A DNA stretch of 64,000 bases from Leptogorgia sarmentosa (GCA_964658305.1 OZ210885.1:806001-870000), one strand, 5' to 3'. Shown: positions 25,006-39,900, numbered from the stretch's first letter. Numbers and translations are program-made. Notes: generated from the sequence alone by a model not told the origin.

Positions 25006-28000
25006 TTATCGAACCCACAAATTTAATGCGTATGATTTTTGCGCATTATCAACGTCTATTGAACCCTGTGCAGGCCCGTAACCAAAATCAAGAAAACCAA
25101 TAGTTCCACCAAACCGTGCTGCATCTTCCTCAGTTATTCCAATACCATGATCCGCTCTATTGCATACGCTTCCTCCTCCACCAATCATCATCACTGCACC
25201 ATCATAATACCAATCACACCAAAATCCAATTTCGTTACTGCTCTGAATATCACTGCTACATCCATACATTTCAAATCCCGACGTGTTCTGATACTGTCCA
25301 CCATAATTGACATCACAACTACCAAGACACTTATCATCTGCCCACACAGCTCGGTTACGAAAGTCTCCAAAAGATGTGATAAATTGACGAAATGTTTTTC
25401 CTTTGAGGCAATTACTGGTGGTTTGCAACAACGCTGTGTGGGAGGGATCGTCGCTTCTCGTAATTTTCAGCTCATTTGCTTGTGTTTTCCAGAACGCTTC
25501 AGCAATCATGTCATGATTAGATGAAGGATCAAATGTTGAACCGTAATTGGACATTCTGTCAAACCAAAAGCTGGCATTTGTCATCCAATTTTTACCATCT
25601 ATGTTAGAAAAACGAGCAACGAGAGTCCACGCTGAAGGCATCTCGCAATACGCCTAATACAAGAGAAAAATATAGAATTAATAATTAATAATACATAAGC
25701 TTTTTGTCATTTTCTTATCATCCTTGATTCAATAATGATTAAATAATTAAATGATTCAATTAACATTCATTATTCCTTTTACATAACACCAGAAAAAGAA
25801 CTGGTTTCAACTACTGATTTCGCAATACAAACATGGATGCTCGGCTGAGTGGAACGCCTTCCATTTCACGACCGTGAAATTTAACAATTTCTGATGGTGG
25901 TTTATACACAAAAATTGAAATGAGTGGAAATAAATTTTAATTATCAACTAAAACTACAGTAACTATTTTCGTTTCATTTGATCATTGAGTTTGAATAAAT
26001 AATTTTTTTATTATAAATTACACCTGCAAAATTTGTCACCACAACGAATTCTTATGCCCAAAACATTCTTCTACCAAAATATGAATAAATGAGCAATATT
26101 CATGAAAGTAATTATCTCAAATATTTTTATTTAATTTTTTATACGTGTATGTACGTGTACTTTTTCATAAAATATGTGTAGTTTACCTTCCAAGATCCGA
26201 TGGAATGTACTCCACTGGAAAGTTGCGGTTCTTCTAGTGATTTGCAGTTGTAGATACCTGAATTAATTAAAAGGAGAAATTTCACTGCTGCTATTTGCGC
26301 CAGCCTGGTGGGTACAAGTTCCGCACGGCTAACGAAGTCGGATGGAAGTTAATCCGCCGCCATTTCGGGTCATGGAACTGTTCTTGTGGCGAGATATTTT
26401 CCGATTATAATACCGAAAATTTAATTCTATATAGCTACTGAACTCTCTAAACATGTCGTAACAGGTCTATAGAAACTGAACATAACGACCTGATTTTGGA
26501 TAAATATTGGAGTAACATTAATATCACAATTGGAATTGCGCACCAGAGTCCCGTTGAAATGAATTCCCACTACCAGCCGTTTACGCTTGCATGCAAACCC
26601 CTCAACAATTACCGGGGCAGAGAAAGTCAAACATTGTTTGTTGTTTGGACGGACGTCCTGCTCCATATCCTGGAACTCTACAACTACAATTGCCACCGTT
26701 ATATCAAACACGAAACTCGCGTCTTCCACCAAACTATCTATTTCTCCGCAGTTCTGATGTTACGTACCTTCGCAAAGCTTGCCGAAGGAACTCTCTGGGC
26801 ATTTACATTTGAAAGGCTCATTTGGATCCCAAATCATAGTTCCACCATTTTTACACTGATTGTCTTCTTCACATCCAAACTAAAGTATTTGAAGAATTTA
26901 TTACATTATTATCATTTATAGACACGAAGCGAGGGCTATTCATCGAAATATTTCCGGAAGTGATGAAGTGAAGAATACTTCATATTTCGAGAATATAATT
27001 GGCTTAGTTGCGTTGTTTGTTAGTAAGGCAAGGAGTGCATGCCATGAATGTATCTTTAGTAGCTAAAAGTTCTGCTACAAAAGGGGTGGAGTTATAACTC
27101 CGGAAATCTTATAGAGTATTTTCCAGTCATTCTTACCATTCTGTCTTCAACGCCTTGATAAAATGACCAATCATTATCTTCGCTGCTCACTTTTAGGAAT
27201 TCATGATTGGAATCGTGGCTTATCTGGCAGTTGATGTCGTTTTTCTTTGAGTTTTTGTTGTAATTGAAGCCGGTACAGAATTGTGTATCCAAACAACTCA
27301 TGCCACAGTCCAACCAACTGGACACTTTTGATTCAAACATGATATTCTTTTCCAGGCGTGAAATACCTAGAAATTTAGGCAAATGTTTTCGCATAATTTA
27401 GCACGTCTCTGGTTTTTAAGTCCAGCAGCGGGGTTTAATGTCGATTTCAATGGAATATAAGTCAGAAAATAAAATGTTAAACATTAGGACATGCGTCGGG
27501 TCCAATGTCTTTTGCTGACATGCAATATAATTACGTTATTTTATTCTTGTACTGGTTATGACACTTATACGACCTGTTTTGCGATGATATTAATAACTGT
27601 ATATTTTGAAGCTACAGTAAATTGCCAGTCCCACTAGTAAAGTTACAAAGAGAAAACAAAACACGAAGTGTTAATTATACGTGGTTTTAATAACTTACTT
27701 TGACGCGTGCTCCTAAAATGTTTATTTTTTTAGCGTAGTTGGGAAGACTTGCTATTATTACTACTACTTATTATCAATCCTAACCACGGTACATACGTGT
27801 ACAAAAATAATTACACCGCCTGCGCCCGCAGCAGCAGCGGAGTCTTAAATTTGTCGACAGTGTCACAAATCGGCAACCCTGTATACGTTTCTGGATAATG
27901 TGACGTTGGAACCTTTGATAACTTTTAATATGTCGTGATGAGAGTTTGACCATTTTACTTTTGGTGCATTTATACAAGCCTTTTTACACGTGTTATCCAA

Positions 28001-29190
28001 ACAAACACGCATTTTCATTTTGTACCTTTTATAGGGATGTGAACTGTAAATGTGATGGCTAACATGAATAAGTGTCGCTATTTTGTGCTGGATATTTCTA
28101 GGACGTCCTATATAACAGTTGCGAAGCCAGCCCGACATTTGATCATGCAAATGCAATTTTTTTCTGTTTTATAGACCGTATAAGGAATCAATTTCTAAAG
28201 AAATGAATAACGATAATGATTCAAATTTGCATTTGCATGATCAAATGTCGGGCTGGCTTCACCACTGCGTCCTAAAGAAATGCAGATTGTACATTTGATT
28301 ATAATAAAACGAAATAATGATTCTAAAAATGTCGCAATATAAACGCATTTCTTTACAATGTTGCGTGCGGTTGTTCATGCAGTACCGACGACCAGGCAGG
28401 TTTGCAGCGCGTGCCAGCAGGTGGAGTAAACGCCGCCGTAGGCGTCTTGTTATTTTAAAAGCACGCTTAGAAGTGAGTAAAGGGCATCAAACGCACGCAC
28501 TCCAACTAAAACAATGGCGCATTTTGTTAAACGTCGAATCTAACGGTGGTGAGAAGAACGGTGAGAAGAATCACTATAGTGAGAAGAATCACTATAGTGA
28601 GAAGAATCTTAGCTGCTTGTTGATGTTATTATCTGCTACATTATTGGTCACATATTGAAGTTTATTTCTATTATAATTTACCCTGGCTGAATAGATCGTG
28701 TCTTGACAAACACGGAGACATGTGTCAAATACAAGTAGCTGCTGTATTTAGTTTCACAAACATTAATATACGCAAAACTTTTTCCTCAAAATTTCCCACA
28801 ACAGTACTAGTAACTAATCAAAAGTAGGATGCCAAAGTCCATGATTCCACTAGTCCATCAACGCCTGTATGGATTCGAGGTGTACTACTTGTGGACAATG
28901 TCTTGCAATCTTTAAGTAATTAAAACGTTTTTTCCTGACGTAATATTTAAACGTTTTTCCTACTACAACTGAAGTGTTCATGCACAAAATTTTCAAACAA
29001 GGTTTAGTTGAAATATTCCAGACAATCACATACCTTGAACTTTTAGGTCAAATGGTTGGAAGATAACATCTTCTTGGCCAGGTTTGCAATCTCTTTTTGC
29101 TTCAACATGCGCCACTAAGTCCGTCAGTTGGCTGAGAAACAAAAACGATGCACAAATGTACGACACAAATTTCATTTCAAGTCTCTCCAT
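25006..29190 (-). CDS. Secreted PAN/apple - EGF - fibrinogen/intelectin-like protein, copy 1. Exons 29190-29034, 27366-27137, 26879-26768, 26257-26187, 25653-25006
   Basis: Signal peptide ending VEA, PAN-like SWLDCGMSCLDTQFCTGFNY, EGF-like CKNGGT..FKCKCP..GKLCE, FReD-type start CK..SGVH..YCEM..WTLVARF, C-terminus YALNLWVR. Phases are consistent. The start could be the ATG at 29175. Confidence 0.85.
28116..28267. mobile_element. MITE with long TIRs (hAT-like CAG termini)
   Basis: cagttgcgaagccagcccgacatttgatcatgcaaatgcaa ... ttgcatttgcatgatcaaatgtcgggctggcttcaccactg; no clean TSD. Confidence 0.75.
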
Positions 29191-30783
29191 CTTCTTCCTT
29201 AGGAACACTCTGCTGCGTTAATTGATCCACCTGTGTTTTTATTTGACCTCTTCACTGCCAATGCCCACACGCATGCGTTGAGCTACTGGAGCATCTGATT
29301 GGTTCATTTACTTCCCACACCTACGTTGCACATTTTCGTTCTCAAAGGAACATAACTAACCAAAATAAAAGTAGAACAATCTATCCATTGATATATATAA
29401 ATATAATTATTATAATAGGTTATTGTATTGGATCGAAACGCGTTGTCATTATCAATTACACCAACTAATGTTTGATACTGCAATTTACTGCTACTGAATA
29501 ATCCATAATGAATTAACCTACGTATAGAGGGTTAATCACCAGGGGGGGGGGGGAAATACGTGTTCTGCCCGAAAAGTTAGTTTCATTTTCATGTTACGCT
29601 AATCCATTTCTATCACATCCTACCCCCCCCCCCCCAACCATAACATTAACTTCAAGGCTAATGCCTAACCCTATCCCCATCTAACCCTGACCGTTTTCGT
29701 GACTACGTAACATGAAAATATGACCTAAAAGTGTCTTTTGAAATTAGTTGTTTCTAAATTAACTTCAAATGAAATCCATTCCATGAATATATCAACCCCC
29801 CCCCCCCCCCCCCGCTCCCGCTCTAGCTGCAGGTAGCTCCACGTATCACAGGATGACGTACGTGAGTCAGTATCTTCTCGTATCTGAGTCAGTATCTAAC
29901 CTCGGTTTGCACTTACTTGTTCTCTGAGGCGATGCGTGCTTTTGATTTATTTTTCTCTTTTTTTGATCGACCTAAAAATTTTAAATTTCTCATCAATGCG
30001 ACCCGTGGCCGATTGCCATTACACACCACTGAAAGATAATATTACCCGCACTTGCATGGCCATAAGGGTGCACGAGGGGTTACGAGTCGACCCCGGTTTT
30101 TGGCTTAGGCGAACAAATATGACATTGTCACCCCATGTCGTCATTCTTTGTTTTCTTTATATATTAATTTGTGACAACAATCACAATTGAATTAGCTTCA
30201 TTGATTGATTTATGATTTATGACTTTAATTGCTTTTTGAAAATTAAAGTATTTTATTTCTCATAAAGCAGCGAATTCCTCATTCTTAAAGGCGATAAAAA
30301 TTTCTGTTAGGGAAGTAGGATAGGCGCTACGCGTGCGGGGTCCACTTTCCTTCCAATACTCAGCTCTAGGGACCAGGCACCCCCAAACGAGAGTGAAAAA
30401 AGCACGCTACCATTGAAAAAAAATCTATTGTTAGAAATTTTCAATAATTTATTGGACTGTTGGGTTTAAATTATACAGGGTGTTCACCTCTCTATTCTTT
30501 GTAACTCTATAGTTACAGTATACACGACGCATTACCTGGGTGGAGGGCCTGGGCCCCACCAATGCTGACCTACACATGCATATATACACATAAGCAAGTT
30601 ATAATGTTTTGCAACAATATTCTCTCTAATTATATTACAATTCATTACACTAAATATGGTTGTCTAATCACTAAATCTACAAGACTACAACACAACACAG
30701 ACTTTTGCATAAAATTGAGACTTATTGTAATTTACGTTTTTGTAAATGTTAAGTATTATTAAAGATTATGGTGATGCAAAGAT

Positions 30784-33700
30784 TTATCGAACCCACAAAT
30801 TTAAAGCGTATGATTTCTGGATTTCTCCTAGGTAATCATATCCAAAATCAAAAAAATAATAAGGTCCACCAAATCGTCCTGCATTTTGTTCGGTTATTCC
30901 AATGCCATGATCCGCTCTACCGCATTCGCTTCCTCCTCCACCAATCATCATCACTGCGCCATCACCATCACTCCAATCACACCAAAATCCAATTTTGTTA
31001 CTGCTCTGAATGTCACTGCTACATCCATACATTTCAAATCCCGACGTGTTCTGATACTGTCCACCATATTTGACATCACAACTACCAAGACACTGGTCAC
31101 TTGCCCACACAGCTCGGTTACGAAAGTTTCCAAAAGATGTGACAAATTCACGAAATGTTTTTCCTTTGAGGCAATTGCTGGTAGTTTCCAACAACGCTGA
31201 ATGAGAGGGATCGTCGCTTCTCGTAATTTTCAATTCATTTGCTTGTGTTTTCCAGAAAGCTTCAGAAATCATGTCATGATTAGATGAAGGATCAAATGTT
31301 GAACCGTAATTGGACATTCTGTCAAACCAAAAGTTGGCATTTGTCATCCAATTTTTTCCATCTTCGTTAGAAAAACGAGAAACTAGAGTCCACGCTGAAG
31401 GCATCTCGCAATACACCTAATACAAGAGAAAAATACATAATAATATTAATAGATTATTAAGTCGTGTAATTATAGTAAAATATTCCCTGGTGAAGGACGG
31501 GATATTTCATTTAACAAGGCAACAGCCGAGTTATCAATACCGCTGCGGAATCCGTACCCACGCCGTTTTGCATGCTCATTGAGATCGAGGTTCAAATTCT
31601 ATCGCGCAAACATTCTTTCACGTAAAAATGTGAAAAAATTGGACAATTCCGAAAGCGGAATATGTTAGTTTACAATTTTGAAAGCGTTTTTATAAAATAT
31701 GTTAGTTTACCTTCAAAGACCCGAAGGAATATACTCCACTGAAAAGTTGCAATTCATCTTGAGGTAGTGATTTACAGTCTGGTTTGGGCGTGTCTAAATC
31801 ATTTAACACACATACAGTCAATTTATTCTAACTAATTAATGTTGCTCTACACCTCAACAATTACCGGGGCAGAGAAAGTCAAACATTGTTTGATGTTTTT
31901 GGACATTCCTGCTGCATTCCTGAAACTCTACAACTACAATTGCCACCGTTATATCAAACACGAAATTATTCACGTCTTCCACCAAACTATCTATTTCTCC
32001 GCAGTTCTGATGTTACGTACCTTCGCAAAGCTTGCCGAAGGAATTCTCTGAGCATTTACATTTGAAAGGCTCATTTGGATCCCAAATCATAGTTCCACCA
32101 TTCTTACACTGATTTTCTTCTTCACATCCAAACTTAAGTATTTGAGAGTTTATTATATGACACATTATGTGAGCACAATGAAGAATTTTTGAAGATGAAA
32201 CGCGACTACACTTTTATACGCATGCATGTATTGTTACAGATTGAACCCGTTTATTTCACAAAAGATCCTATGTCCGTGAGCCTTTGCGATTGATTACATG
32301 CTTTTCAACAGTACAGATTCAAGAGGCGAATAATAGTAGTATATTGGGAATGAAATCAAGGTCACTCTTGGAGTCACTTGAATAAAGATCCAAAAAATCG
32401 ACAAGTTTCGAATTCAGCAAGATGATCATTTTGTAATTAGATTTCTAGCTGTATCTAATACAAAAACTCTGTATGTATTGTAAAGGGCAAAACGAATCTT
32501 CTGGAATCTTCACATTCTAGTGTTATGACAATATACGTCTTCCACAGCTTCGTGGACGAGAACCGGCACAAAATCTGGTGACAATAGCGACTATAAAAGT
32601 TATATATACTGCGCCACAATCGTCACCGCCTTGAACCGTTTCCGGCAATCTAGAGTATTTTCCAATAATTCTTACCATTCTATCTCCATTGCCTTGATAA
32701 AATGACCAGTCATTATCTTCGCTGCTCACTTTTAGAAATTCATGATAAGAATCGTGGCTTATCTGGCAGTTGATGTCGTTTTTCTTTGAGTTTTTGTTGT
32801 AATTGAAGCCGGTACAGAATTGTGTATCCAAACAACTCATGCCACAGTCCAACCAACTCGACACTTTTGATTCAAACATGATATTCTTTTCCAGGCGTGA
32901 AATACCTAGAAATCAAATGTCAATGTTCAATCTTTTGCATGTTTGTATCTTGGTTTTGAAAGCGCCTTTTCCACTTGCCCGTTTTTAGTACTTTGCGATT
33001 TTTTATGCGCTAGCTAACATGGAAGAGTGCTTTTTTCCCTTTCGCATGAACAAATTTGCGAAGTGGACTGAAACAGGATTAAGCTAGAAAATTTTGTTGA
33101 TGAATCTAAAACGCTCTCTGACCAAATATTAAATTTTATTTATGAGCTTTCGGTCACCAGTCTGTAACCTTCAACGGATAGTTGCATATTCCCGATAGAT
33201 TTGTCATCTATCCGTTGAAGGTTACAGACTGGTAACCGAAAACTCATAAATAAAATTTAATATTTGGTCAGAGAGCCTTTTAGATTCTTCACTATGTTTA
33301 ATCCTGGCCGCGCATCTTCTATTTTTTGTTAGAAAATTTTGGACACCACAAGAGCAATTATTCAAAAGCAGGAATGCAAATCTTCCCTATAGATAAAAAA
33401 TCTAAACAAGATGCAGTATATTGAAATATTTATAACACTTTTAAGTTTTAATTTCAAGTTTTCCTCAAGAATAATTTTTTGTAAGGATAGAATATATGTA
33501 GCTATTTGTAAATAAATTAGCTACAGACACAGATGAAATATTATTCCCCGTTAAATTATTATTATTAGCTCTCTTATTACTGTAGTCTATATATAAGTTC
33601 TGTAAAAAGTGTGTATGAGAGAAGAAGTCGAGTCTTTCAGTTTGTTAAAAACTATTTCGGAATACTAGTTGTGCGTGGCCAAATTCACGCATTGTAGTTA

Positions 33701-34847
33701 ATAATTAACACATCTAATTTCATACAAGTTTCTCTTCTTTGCTACATGTAGACATCGATTGAATAGAATAGTAACACCCCCCCCACCCCCCCCCCCCCTC
33801 CCAACCCCAAAATCAAAGGTTCTTTAATGTCGTACGTACTGCATGTATGCTGCGTACAGCGTTTATCACAAAACGCCTATGGTCTTTGTTTAAAAAAATT
33901 AGAACTAAATGTGGGCAATTGCATGTGCGTTTTAAATATTGATACCCGCATGTATTTAATTTGAAGTTTTCCCCACGAAATATTTTGCATAATACAATAA
34001 TTTTGCTACAGACATACTTCAAATGAAATATTATTCCCCGCGCCAAATGAAACGCTCTTGAAATACCGTCTGCACATATACTGTATACAGTGTTGATCAG
34101 AGAAGAAAGGCGGATAGTCTTTGAAAAAAGGTTAGCAATATTGTATTGAATTATAATTAATTGACAAGTATAATTACTTCGAATCATTTAGCGGCCTGAA
34201 AAACAAAAGCTTTTCTACTTATGGGTCAAGTGTGAACAAATTAAACACCATGTAAGCAATAGAGTTTAGAAAAAACAGATCACTATAATCAACATGACCG
34301 TAATTTGAATTTCAAAGATCATGCAGCCTTCTTTTTATACATACTAGTGAAGCTACAAGTTATAAACTACAGCAACAACATCAAAGTATACTAAACTTAT
34401 ACCGACGCATTATATAAAAGCTAGGTACATCAGAATTTATTGTTCCGAGCAAAACTCTCTTGTTTAACACCAGACATAAGTCATTAGGTCATTAGGTGGC
34501 TGACCGAGGCGCGCCCTTTTTTGAAACACTGAACAAAAGTCCGAACGCCCTTTAGAAAGCCTTGTCGCTCTTCTCTTTAGAAAACTTTTTCTCGAGTTGC
34601 CTCCTTCGTAATTCAGCTTAAATTGAATATAGCTAGTAAGAGTTATCAGCACCGCTATCGCAATTTTAGCCCAAAAGGGGAGAGGTTTTGTAAAAAATAT
34701 TCTAGACATACCTTGAGCTATTAAGTCAAAGGGTTGGAATATAACATCTTCTTGGCCAGGTTTGCAATTTCGTTTTGCTTCAACTTGGATGATAAAGAAA
34801 AATATTGTAAAAATAAACAAAAACTTTACTTCTTGATGCTTCTTCAT
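30784..34847 (-). CDS. Secreted PAN-EGF-fibrinogen/intelectin-like protein, copy 2. Exons 34847-34712, 32905-32676, 32132-32021, 31793-31711, 31416-30784
   Basis: Same exon architecture and phases as copy 1, with a divergent signal peptide MKKHQEVKFLFIFTIFFFIIQVEA. Confidence 0.85.
33102..33287. mobile_element. Foldback (about 78-bp arms) with a degenerate hammerhead-like motif; probable Penelope-like remnant
   Basis: gaatctaaaa...ccttcaacggatag / ctatccgttgaagg...ttttagattc, with internal GGTTAC-agactg-GTAACC-GAAA followed by AATAAA. Confidence 0.55.
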
Positions 34848-35949
34848 CTCTTTCCTTTGAAACAAGCTTGTTAATCACCTGAAACACTCAAAGTGAGTTG
34901 AGTTATCTTCCGAGTGTTTTTAATTAACGCATGTTGCAACATTGGTTGAACTACTGCAGCATTTGATTGGTTCATTTAAATTACATACTTTTCACCAGCT
35001 GCTCTTCGTTTTCGTCGTTAGCGTATTAGCGTTGTCGAAGAAAGATAAACTATCCATGGAAACTAAAAGTAGACTAGGTGATCAAAATTACGCACATTCC
35101 TGCTTTATGGCTTGGGAAGTGACCCGATTTCATTAAATTGGAAACTGTTTCAACAAAATATGGGTTTTTAATTTTAAATATCTATAGTGAATAAGTCTAT
35201 AATATATATTGTGAATAAATATCCATTGTGAATAAGTCAACTCTTTCCATCACCGTCTTTCCATTTGAAACTGACCGCCAAGCGCTAAACTGGCGTGATA
35301 GAAAAGCATTTATAAACGCGGTAATATGTAACGTCTCAAGTAGAAGGTATATCTGGCCATTTTGGTACAACCTCCGTATTGTATTTTGGTCTCCGCGACG
35401 ATATGTTAGAGCCAAAAATTTAAATGTACATGTGTCATCTAAAGCGCGTTTGGATAAATTTTTATTTCATAACAATGTGAGAATTAGGAAATAGAAAAAA
35501 GTTTCCGTGTTTATGTCGAGTAAATCGAGTTATGGACTGTGCCGTAGCCATAACGATAATTGTGGGGGGGGGGGGGGGGGGAGGGCATATTCGAATAATA
35601 ATTCATTCTCTGCGTTATTAACTCATTTTGAAATCAATTGTTTTTATGTTAGCTTTATCAACTCGAATATATGAATATGCCCCTCGCCACAGCTAGGTTA
35701 TAGAAACACGGGTAGAAGTTTGGGAGAAAGGAGAAATTCAATGATAAACGCGGTTATGATAAGCGTTTCATTTGACAAAAATGATTCGCAATGAAATGTC
35801 GATTGCGCAAAGAAAATGGCTTCAATTGATGCATACATGGAAGTTAGATGAACATCCATAAACTCTAGGTAAAGCCACGTAAACGTTATAAGACAAAGCT
35901 AAACAGGTGCAAAAAGAGCAAATAAATGTGCATTAAAATGTCAGATATT

Positions 35950-36669
35950 CAGTGCCGGATTATCTAGGGGGCAATGGGGGCATTTGCCCCCAGCCCCAGC
36001 TCAAAAGCTTGTTTACCGGCCCAAGAAAAACAATGTATAAAAAATTTCAGTTACTGTGGGATTCGAAAAAACAAATTTTGATTAAAAATTGCTCAATTGA
36101 AAGCCAGGAAATTCTAGAGTCCTAAATTACTCAAGAATTATCTGCGTCTATAGACAACGATAAGATTGCAAACTTCAACCTACTTAGCATCATAGGCGTA
36201 CGAGGCGGGCGGCCCCAAAAAAATTCAAATTGGAAAATTCGGGCACTGATTTTGAGCATAATTCGGGCAACATGAGGAATAGGTTGAAGGAATAAGGTAA
36301 TGTCAATCCTCCAGTCGTTCACCTGAACGAGCGTACCAAGAAAGTGGAGTTAGGACTTTGAAATCGCCGTTTCCGGCAATCCGAGGTTGAAAAAGTTAAA
36401 AAATTTCTCGCTCGGCGCCAACCATGGTGGCGCCTCGTGACATTCGCTCCCCTCAAATACGGGCAAAGATAAACTTTCTGCCCCCCTCTGAAAAAATGTA
36501 CCACGTACGCTTATGCTTAGCATTGAATAATCATATTATCGTTTTTGACTATATAATGGACAAGACTTTCAATTTGAATACATATATGTTTCATGTTTTC
36601 ATATTCACCAAATTACGGCCCTTTACTTTTTGTTTGTCCCCGGCCCAATGACGGGTTAATCCGGCGCTG
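35950..36669. mobile_element. Non-autonomous hAT-type element
   Basis: TIRs CAGTGCCGGATTA / TAATCCGGCGCTG, 8-bp TSD cagatatt on both sides, empty paralogous site 'tcagatagttaaaattgattg' at about 24681. Confidence 0.9.
36191..36515. mobile_element. Second hAT-type MITE nested in the previous element
   Basis: TIRs CATAGGCGTACG / CGTACGCTTATG, 8-bp TSD cttagcat at 36183-36190 and 36516-36523. Confidence 0.9.
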
Positions 36670-36995
36670 CAGATATTTAAAATTGATTGTTTACATTACA
36701 TTCTTTTCTGCCAACTCTACAGACGCCTGTCTTACAATATTTACTCACAATGTGACGTTTCTCTATGTGTATCTTTGTGAACACAGCTTAGCGTCTTGTT
36801 AGAATGCGAAGTAGTGCCGTGTTTCACTGAAAATTTAGTGCGGCTCAACCACATAAAAAAGTTTATTATTTCCAGCTTATTATAATTGTGAATTTGAATA
36901 TACAAATCTACCTGTTCTGAATTGGCACGACTATCTGGTAATTTATGCTTTTTTAAATGTTGGGATGTATTAAGGACAGTGGATGGTGCAAAGTT

Positions 36996-39900
36996 TTATC
37001 GAACCCACAAATTTAATGCGTATGATTTTTGCGCATTATCAACGTCTATTGAACCCTGTGCAGGCCCGTAACCAAAATCAAGAAAACCAATAGTTCCACC
37101 AAACCGTGCAGCATCTTCCTCAGTTATTCCAATACCATGATCCGCTCTATTGCATACGCTTCCTCCTCCACCAATCATCATCACTGCACCATCATAATAC
37201 CAATCACACCAAAATCCAATTTTGTTACTGCTCTGAATATCACTGCTACATTTATACTTTTCAAATCCCGACGTGCTCTGATATTGTCCACCATATTTGA
37301 CATCACAACTCCCAAGACACTTATCACTTGCCCACACAGTCTGGTTACGAAAGTCTCCAAAAGATGTGATAAATTCACGAAATGTTTTTCCTTTGAGACA
37401 ATTACTGGTGGTTTCCAACAACGCTGTATGAGAGGGATCGTCGCTTCTCGTAATTTTTAATTCACTTGCTGGTGTTTTCCAGAACGCTTCAGCAATCATG
37501 TCATGATTAGATGAAGGATCAAATGTTGAACCGTAATTGGACATTCTGTCAAACCAAAAGCTGGCATTTGTCATCCAATTTCTTCCATCTTTGTTAGAAA
37601 AACGAGCAACAAGTGTCCACGCTGAAGGCATATCGCAATACATCTAATAAAATTAAGAGAAAATAGAGAATTTAGAATTAATAATACATAAGCTTTTTGT
37701 CATTTTCTAATTATCCTTGATTCAATAATGATTAAATTAATTAAAGAATGATTCAATTACAATCATTCATTATTTGTTTTATATAACACCAGAAAAAGAA
37801 CTGGTTACAAAACAAACATGTATGCACGGCTGATCGCGGAGAGTGGAACGACTTCCATTTCACGATTTTTGACGGTGTTTTTATACACAAAATTGAAATA
37901 AGTGGAAATAAATTTTAGATTAAATGACAACTAGTATTTCCGTTTCATTTGATCATTGAGTTTAAACAAATTACATCTGCAAAACTTGTCACGACAACAA
38001 ATTCTTTTGCCAAAAACATTCATCTACGAATAAATTGAGCAATATTCATGAATAAATTGAGCAATATTCATGAAAGTAATTATCTCAAAGATCCGTTCCT
38101 AATTTTTTATACGTGTATGTATGTGTACTTTTTCATATAATATATTGTGTAGTTTACCTTCCAAGATCCGACGGAATGTACTCCACTGGAAAGTTGCGGT
38201 TCTTGAACTAGTAATTTGCAGTCTGGTTTGTAAATGCCTGAATTAATTAAAAGGACAAATTTCACTGTTGCGGTTCTAACATCATATGCGCCAGCCACGA
38301 GGGAAGGGCCATTAGGACGTAGCCCAGGCGTGGGTACTAGTTCCGCACGGCTAACGAAGTCTGATCGAAGTTAATCCGCCGCCGTTTCGGATCATGGAAC
38401 TGTTCTTGTGGCGAAATATTTCCCGATTATTATGCCGAAAATTTAATTCTATATAGCTACTGAACTCTCTAAACATATCGTAACAGGTTTATAGAAACTG
38501 AACATAACGACCTGATTTTGGATAAATATTGGAGTAACATTAATATCACAATTGGAATTGCGCAACAGAGTCCCGTTGAAATGAATTCCCACAACCAGCC
38601 GTTCACGCTTGCATGCAAACCCCTCAAAAATTACCGAGGCAGAGAACGTCAAACATTGTTTGTTGTTTGGACGGACGTCCTGCTCCATGTCTGGAAACTC
38701 TACAACTACAAATGCCACCGTTATATCAAACACGAAATTCACGTCTTCCACCAAACTACGTATTTCTCCGCAGTTCTGATGTTACGTACCTTCGCAAAGC
38801 TTGCCGAAGAAATTCTCTGGGCATTTACATTTGAAAGGCTCATTTGGATCCCAAATCATAGTTCCACCATTCTTACACTGATTTTCTTCTTCACATCCAA
38901 ACTAAAGTATTTGAAGAATTTATTTCATTATTATCATTTATAGACACGAAGCGAGGACTATTCATCGAAATATTTCCGGAAGTGATGAAGTGATGTTTCG
39001 AGATTATAATTGGCTTAGTTGCGTTGTTTCTTCGTAAGGCAAGGAGTGCATGAATGTATCTTTAGTAGCTAAAAGTTATGCTACATACTATCTAAAATCT
39101 TCAAAAGTCGTGGAGTTATAATTCCGGAAATCTAGCGAGTATTTTCCAATAATTCTTACCATTCTATCTCCATTGCCTTGATAAAATGACCAATCATTAT
39201 CTTCGCTGCTCACTTTTAGGAATTCATGATTGGAATCGTGGCTTATCTGGCAGTTGATGTCGTTTTTCTTTGAGTTTTTGTTGTAATTGAAGCCGGTACA
39301 GAATTGTGTATCCAAACAACTCATGCCACAGTCCAACCAACTCGAAACTTTTGATTCAAACATGATATTCTTTTCCAGACGTGAAATACCTAAAAAGTAA
39401 ACAGCAGTCCAGTCGGCAAATGTTTTCACAATAATTTTACACGTCTTCGGTTGTTTAGTCCAGCAGCGGGGTTCAAAGTCGATTTCATCTGGTCTTATAT
39501 CTATTGCTGCCAGTATAATTATGTTATTTTATTTTTCTACTGGTTACTACATGACTCTCATAATTGTACGTGGTTTTGACTTAATTTGATGCGTGCTCTT
39601 AAAATGTTTAATATTTTAGCGTAGTTGGGAGTAGATATTAATAATAATTATTATCATTACATTAATAATTTTGCTTATTTATCCTAACCACGGTAAATAA
39701 CGCATCGAACCAGGATTGAACGTACGCACGCACTCTACACGCACTACTGACGGAACCAATGACGGTTGAGCATTTAATTTGTTAAAAGTTGAATCTAATG
39801 TCAAATGTCGTGAGAAGATTCTTTGCTGGTGTTGGTGTTATGCTATACATTATTGGTCACATATTGAAGTTTGATTTTGCTAAATAGCCCCTGCTGAATA

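Noticed and set aside
25116..25524. Plus-strand ORFs repeated in all three lectin-like genes
   Set aside because: Antisense to the duplicated last exon, so the recurrence is explained by paralogy.
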